38,440 nt of DNA, taken from IMG/VR virus record IMGVR_UViG_2663762939_000006. One strand, written 5' to 3'. Made by a program: the position numbers and the translations under genes. Numbering within the stretch: the stretch's first letter is position 1; each line of letters opens with the position of its first letter. Positions 36,512 to 38,440 of this stretch are shown here, piece after piece. The stretch comes from a virus. Lineage: Duplodnaviria; Heunggongvirae; Uroviricota; Caudoviricetes. The notes under the pieces are model-generated. The model was not told the DNA's origin. It did not search any database and saw only the letters and a program-made list of their open reading frames with translations.

Positions 36512-36716
36512 ATCTGTTGTATGTGCCCTGTTCTGGTATTGTTTTGTCGGTTGGTGTACTGCTGAACTGCACCGCCGTTCAGGGTTTTATTCACGTTACA
36601 GTGGTGCTGGCTACTGGATTAGCTGGTCGGTGATGTTCCTGTGCTGGCCTGTGGCGCTTCCTTTATATGTCGATTATATCGGTGGCGCAGGTAAAAGGAG
36701 CAACGATGATGACTAA
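36501..36716 (+). CDS. small membrane protein (two predicted TM helices)
   Basis: ATG 36501 overlaps upstream stop; hydrophobic segments VVCALFWYCFVGW and WSVMFLCWPVALPLYV. Confidence 0.45.
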   Translation: MTAESVVCALFWYCFVGWCTAELHRRSGFYSRYSGAGYWISWSVMFLCWPVALPLYVDYIGGAGKRSNDDD

Positions 36717-37158
36717 ACAACGTCTTATCCAGCTCATTCATATTGCCCGTAATGAACTGGGTATGGATGAAGACACCTACCGCCAGATGTTACAGGGGCT
36801 GACCGGTAAAGCCTCAACCAAAGGAATGGATACCACACAACTAAACTGCGTGCTGGAATCCATGAAAAGGAAAGGCTTTCGCGTTAAGCCTGCCGGAAAA
36901 GCCAGCTCCGGTTTACCGCTGGATAACCATCCGCAGTCCAGGAAAATCCGTGCGCTATGGCTTGAAATGGCTGCTGCCGGCATTGTTCGTGACCGTTCAG
37001 AAAATGCATTAGCGCGGTGGATCAAGCGGGAAACGGGCATCAGCGCCCTGCGCTGGCTCAGTACTGAACAGGCAAGCAGTGTTATTGAGAAACTGAAGAA
37101 GTGGCAGCGCAGAGCTGCGGGAGTCAAACATGAGCGACCTGAATCAGTTTCGAAGTAA
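36706..37158 (+). CDS. gemA: GemA-like regulatory protein
   Basis: SD AAAAGGAG, ATG 36706; ..LIQLIHIARNELGMDEDTYRQMLQGLTGKAS.. resembles the Mu GemA family. Confidence 0.6.
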   Translation: MMTKQRLIQLIHIARNELGMDEDTYRQMLQGLTGKASTKGMDTTQLNCVLESMKRKGFRVKPAGKASSGLPLDNHPQSRKIRALWLEMAAAGIVRDRSENALARWIKRETGISALRWLSTEQASSVIEKLKKWQRRAAGVKHERPESVSK

Positions 37159-37528
37159 AGGGCCGGAACTCCTGGTGGAGCTGGCACAGCATACCTCTGA
37201 GACCGTTCGCGAGATTATTGATATTGAGCCCGCAATTGCCGACCAGATTGGTCAGGCCGTCGCGAACCGAATGATGCAGGTCTGGGGCGGGCAAAATGTT
37301 TATTTCCCGATGGGCATGGTATGGAAGGTCAGTCAGCGCGACCGGGAAATCTTCAGGGAGTTTAACGGACGCAACCACCACGAACTGGCCCGCAAGTTTG
37401 GTGTTTCGCTTCAGTGGGTCTACAGCGTGGTTAAGCGGGTCAGAAAAGAAGAACTGGATCGGATGCAGGGCAGGTTGTTTGATGAAGATCTGCCAGAGGA
37501 GACGAAAGACGTTAACAAATCCAGATAA
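37130..37528 (+). CDS. mor: Mor/C-family transcription activator
   Basis: 132 aa; C-terminal HTH ..NHHELARKFGVSLQWVYSVVKRVRKEE.. typical of the Mor/C family; last gene of the early operon as in Mu. Confidence 0.7.
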   Translation: MSDLNQFRSKGPELLVELAQHTSETVREIIDIEPAIADQIGQAVANRMMQVWGGQNVYFPMGMVWKVSQRDREIFREFNGRNHHELARKFGVSLQWVYSVVKRVRKEELDRMQGRLFDEDLPEETKDVNKSR

Positions 37529-37573
37529 TTCCTGCTTGTTAAAGTCCTTTCAAAAATCTCCTTATTGTATAAA

Positions 37574-37604
37574 AGCACGGTAGACCCCTTACCGTGCTTT
37601 TTTT
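37574..37604 (+). terminator. rho-independent terminator after the Mor-like gene
   Basis: 9-bp stem AGCACGGTA/TACCGTGCT, 7-nt loop, then TTTTTT. Confidence 0.8.
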
Positions 37605-37642
37605 ATGCTCTCTCTTTAGTATTCAGGATGCAGGGAGAAAAT

Positions 37643-38275
37643 ATGTTTGACGTTTCGTTGTTAAATCTGCCATGGGCAACACTGGTGACCCTGACCAGTG
37701 GCTATATTGGGTATTTTATTGCGAATGTGGGACTGAAGGATCACCACAAGCCCATTGAGGTGACTTTTTCTTCGCTGATTTTTGGCCTGACAGCAATGAT
37801 GGCTTACCAGGCTGTTATGTGGGCAGGTCTGAATGCCTGGCTGGCAACACCACCAGCACTTCTGTGTGCCGTTACATGCGGTGCGTGGTGGCGCAGGTAC
37901 GGTCGCAAATGGATGTACAGATTACTGTGGAATAATGATATTTCATGGTCTGACGATACCAGCTCAGCATGGCAGGCAATGTTTGATCAAACAGGCTTCA
38001 GCGTTACCGAGGTCAGAGTGATTCTTCGCGATGGTTCCGGTATGATGTCACGGCTGCCAGGGAACTTTGAAGAGTGGCCTAACGGTCCGTTTACCCTGGG
38101 GAATAAAGGCGATATGGTTCTTTACGTCACGCACAGCAGCCCTTCAGGCAGTAACGAATGGGAAGAGTATAAAGGCGTGGTTGATAAGTACTGGGGAGCT
38201 CTGGCAACCTATATTCCAGCAGATCAGATTGCCAGAGTGGAGATCAGGCGCGTTCGTGCAACGAACGATGAATGA
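37643..38275 (+). CDS. membrane protein of unknown function (3 predicted TM helices plus ~130-aa C-terminal domain)
   Basis: ATG 37643 with SD GGGAG (the track's upstream start lies inside the terminator); hydrophobic N-terminal third. Confidence 0.55.
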   Translation: MFDVSLLNLPWATLVTLTSGYIGYFIANVGLKDHHKPIEVTFSSLIFGLTAMMAYQAVMWAGLNAWLATPPALLCAVTCGAWWRRYGRKWMYRLLWNNDISWSDDTSSAWQAMFDQTGFSVTEVRVILRDGSGMMSRLPGNFEEWPNGPFTLGNKGDMVLYVTHSSPSGSNEWEEYKGVVDKYWGALATYIPADQIARVEIRRVRATNDE

Positions 38276-38278
38276 TGT

Positions 38279-38440
38279 TTATTTTTTCCCTGGGGCAGGG
38301 GCTGCCGGCATAGTGGTTTTATTGGCAGAGGAAGACGATTCTCCTTTTCTACCGGAATCGCGCTCGAACGTCACGATGTGCTTGCTTTTGGGCTTTTCTG
38401 AGTAATCCAGGCTATCATGCTTATTGTTTTGAGTAGTCAT
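38279..38440 (-). CDS. small Lys/Ser-rich hydrophilic ORF (53 aa in window; may extend past window end)
   Basis: ATG at the last three bases of the window, stop TAA 38279-38281; convergent with the membrane protein gene. Confidence 0.3.
   Translation of the reverse strand: MTTQNNKHDSLDYSEKPKSKHIVTFERDSGRKGESSSSANKTTMPAAPAPGKK

Larger units (their letters stand above)
1144..38440 (-). mobile_element. Mu-like transposable prophage (partial, continues past window end); right end near 1144-1200
   Basis: Collinear Mu-type late genes ending in invertase next to the interrupted host gene; DDE transposase + B-like ATPase + Gam + GemA + Mor on the plus strand; Mu-att-like motif CGTTTCATTATTTGAAAAAG at 1170-1189. 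Confidence 0.8.

Noticed and set aside
38067-38405. 112-aa plus-strand ORF at the window end
   Set aside because: Overlaps the better-supported membrane protein gene in another frame and the convergent small minus ORF; no SD.

Overview
38.4-kb window dominated by a single Mu-like transposable prophage that runs off the right edge. Left edge (1 to ~1150): the 3' part of a GH31 glycosidase gene (YihQ-like), apparently interrupted by the prophage end. Minus strand 1.2-26.5 kb: gin-type serine invertase, a three-cassette invertible tail-fibre locus, Mu/P2-type contractile tail and baseplate, tape measure with tandem repeats, head, portal, terminase and a lysis cassette. 26.6-29.0 kb: accessory block with a P-loop protein, a face-to-face pair of small genes and a Dam-type methylase. 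29.0-37.5 kb plus strand: immunity switch (XRE repressor facing a Ner-like regulator) and the early transposition operon (DDE transposase, B-like ATPase, Gam, GemA, Mor), then a strong terminator and a membrane protein of unknown function. Early and late blocks are divergent, not collinear as in Mu. No rRNA, tRNA or CRISPR array was seen. All functional calls come from reading the supplied translations and motifs from memory; no database search was run, and coordinates of starts and sites are hand-derived.
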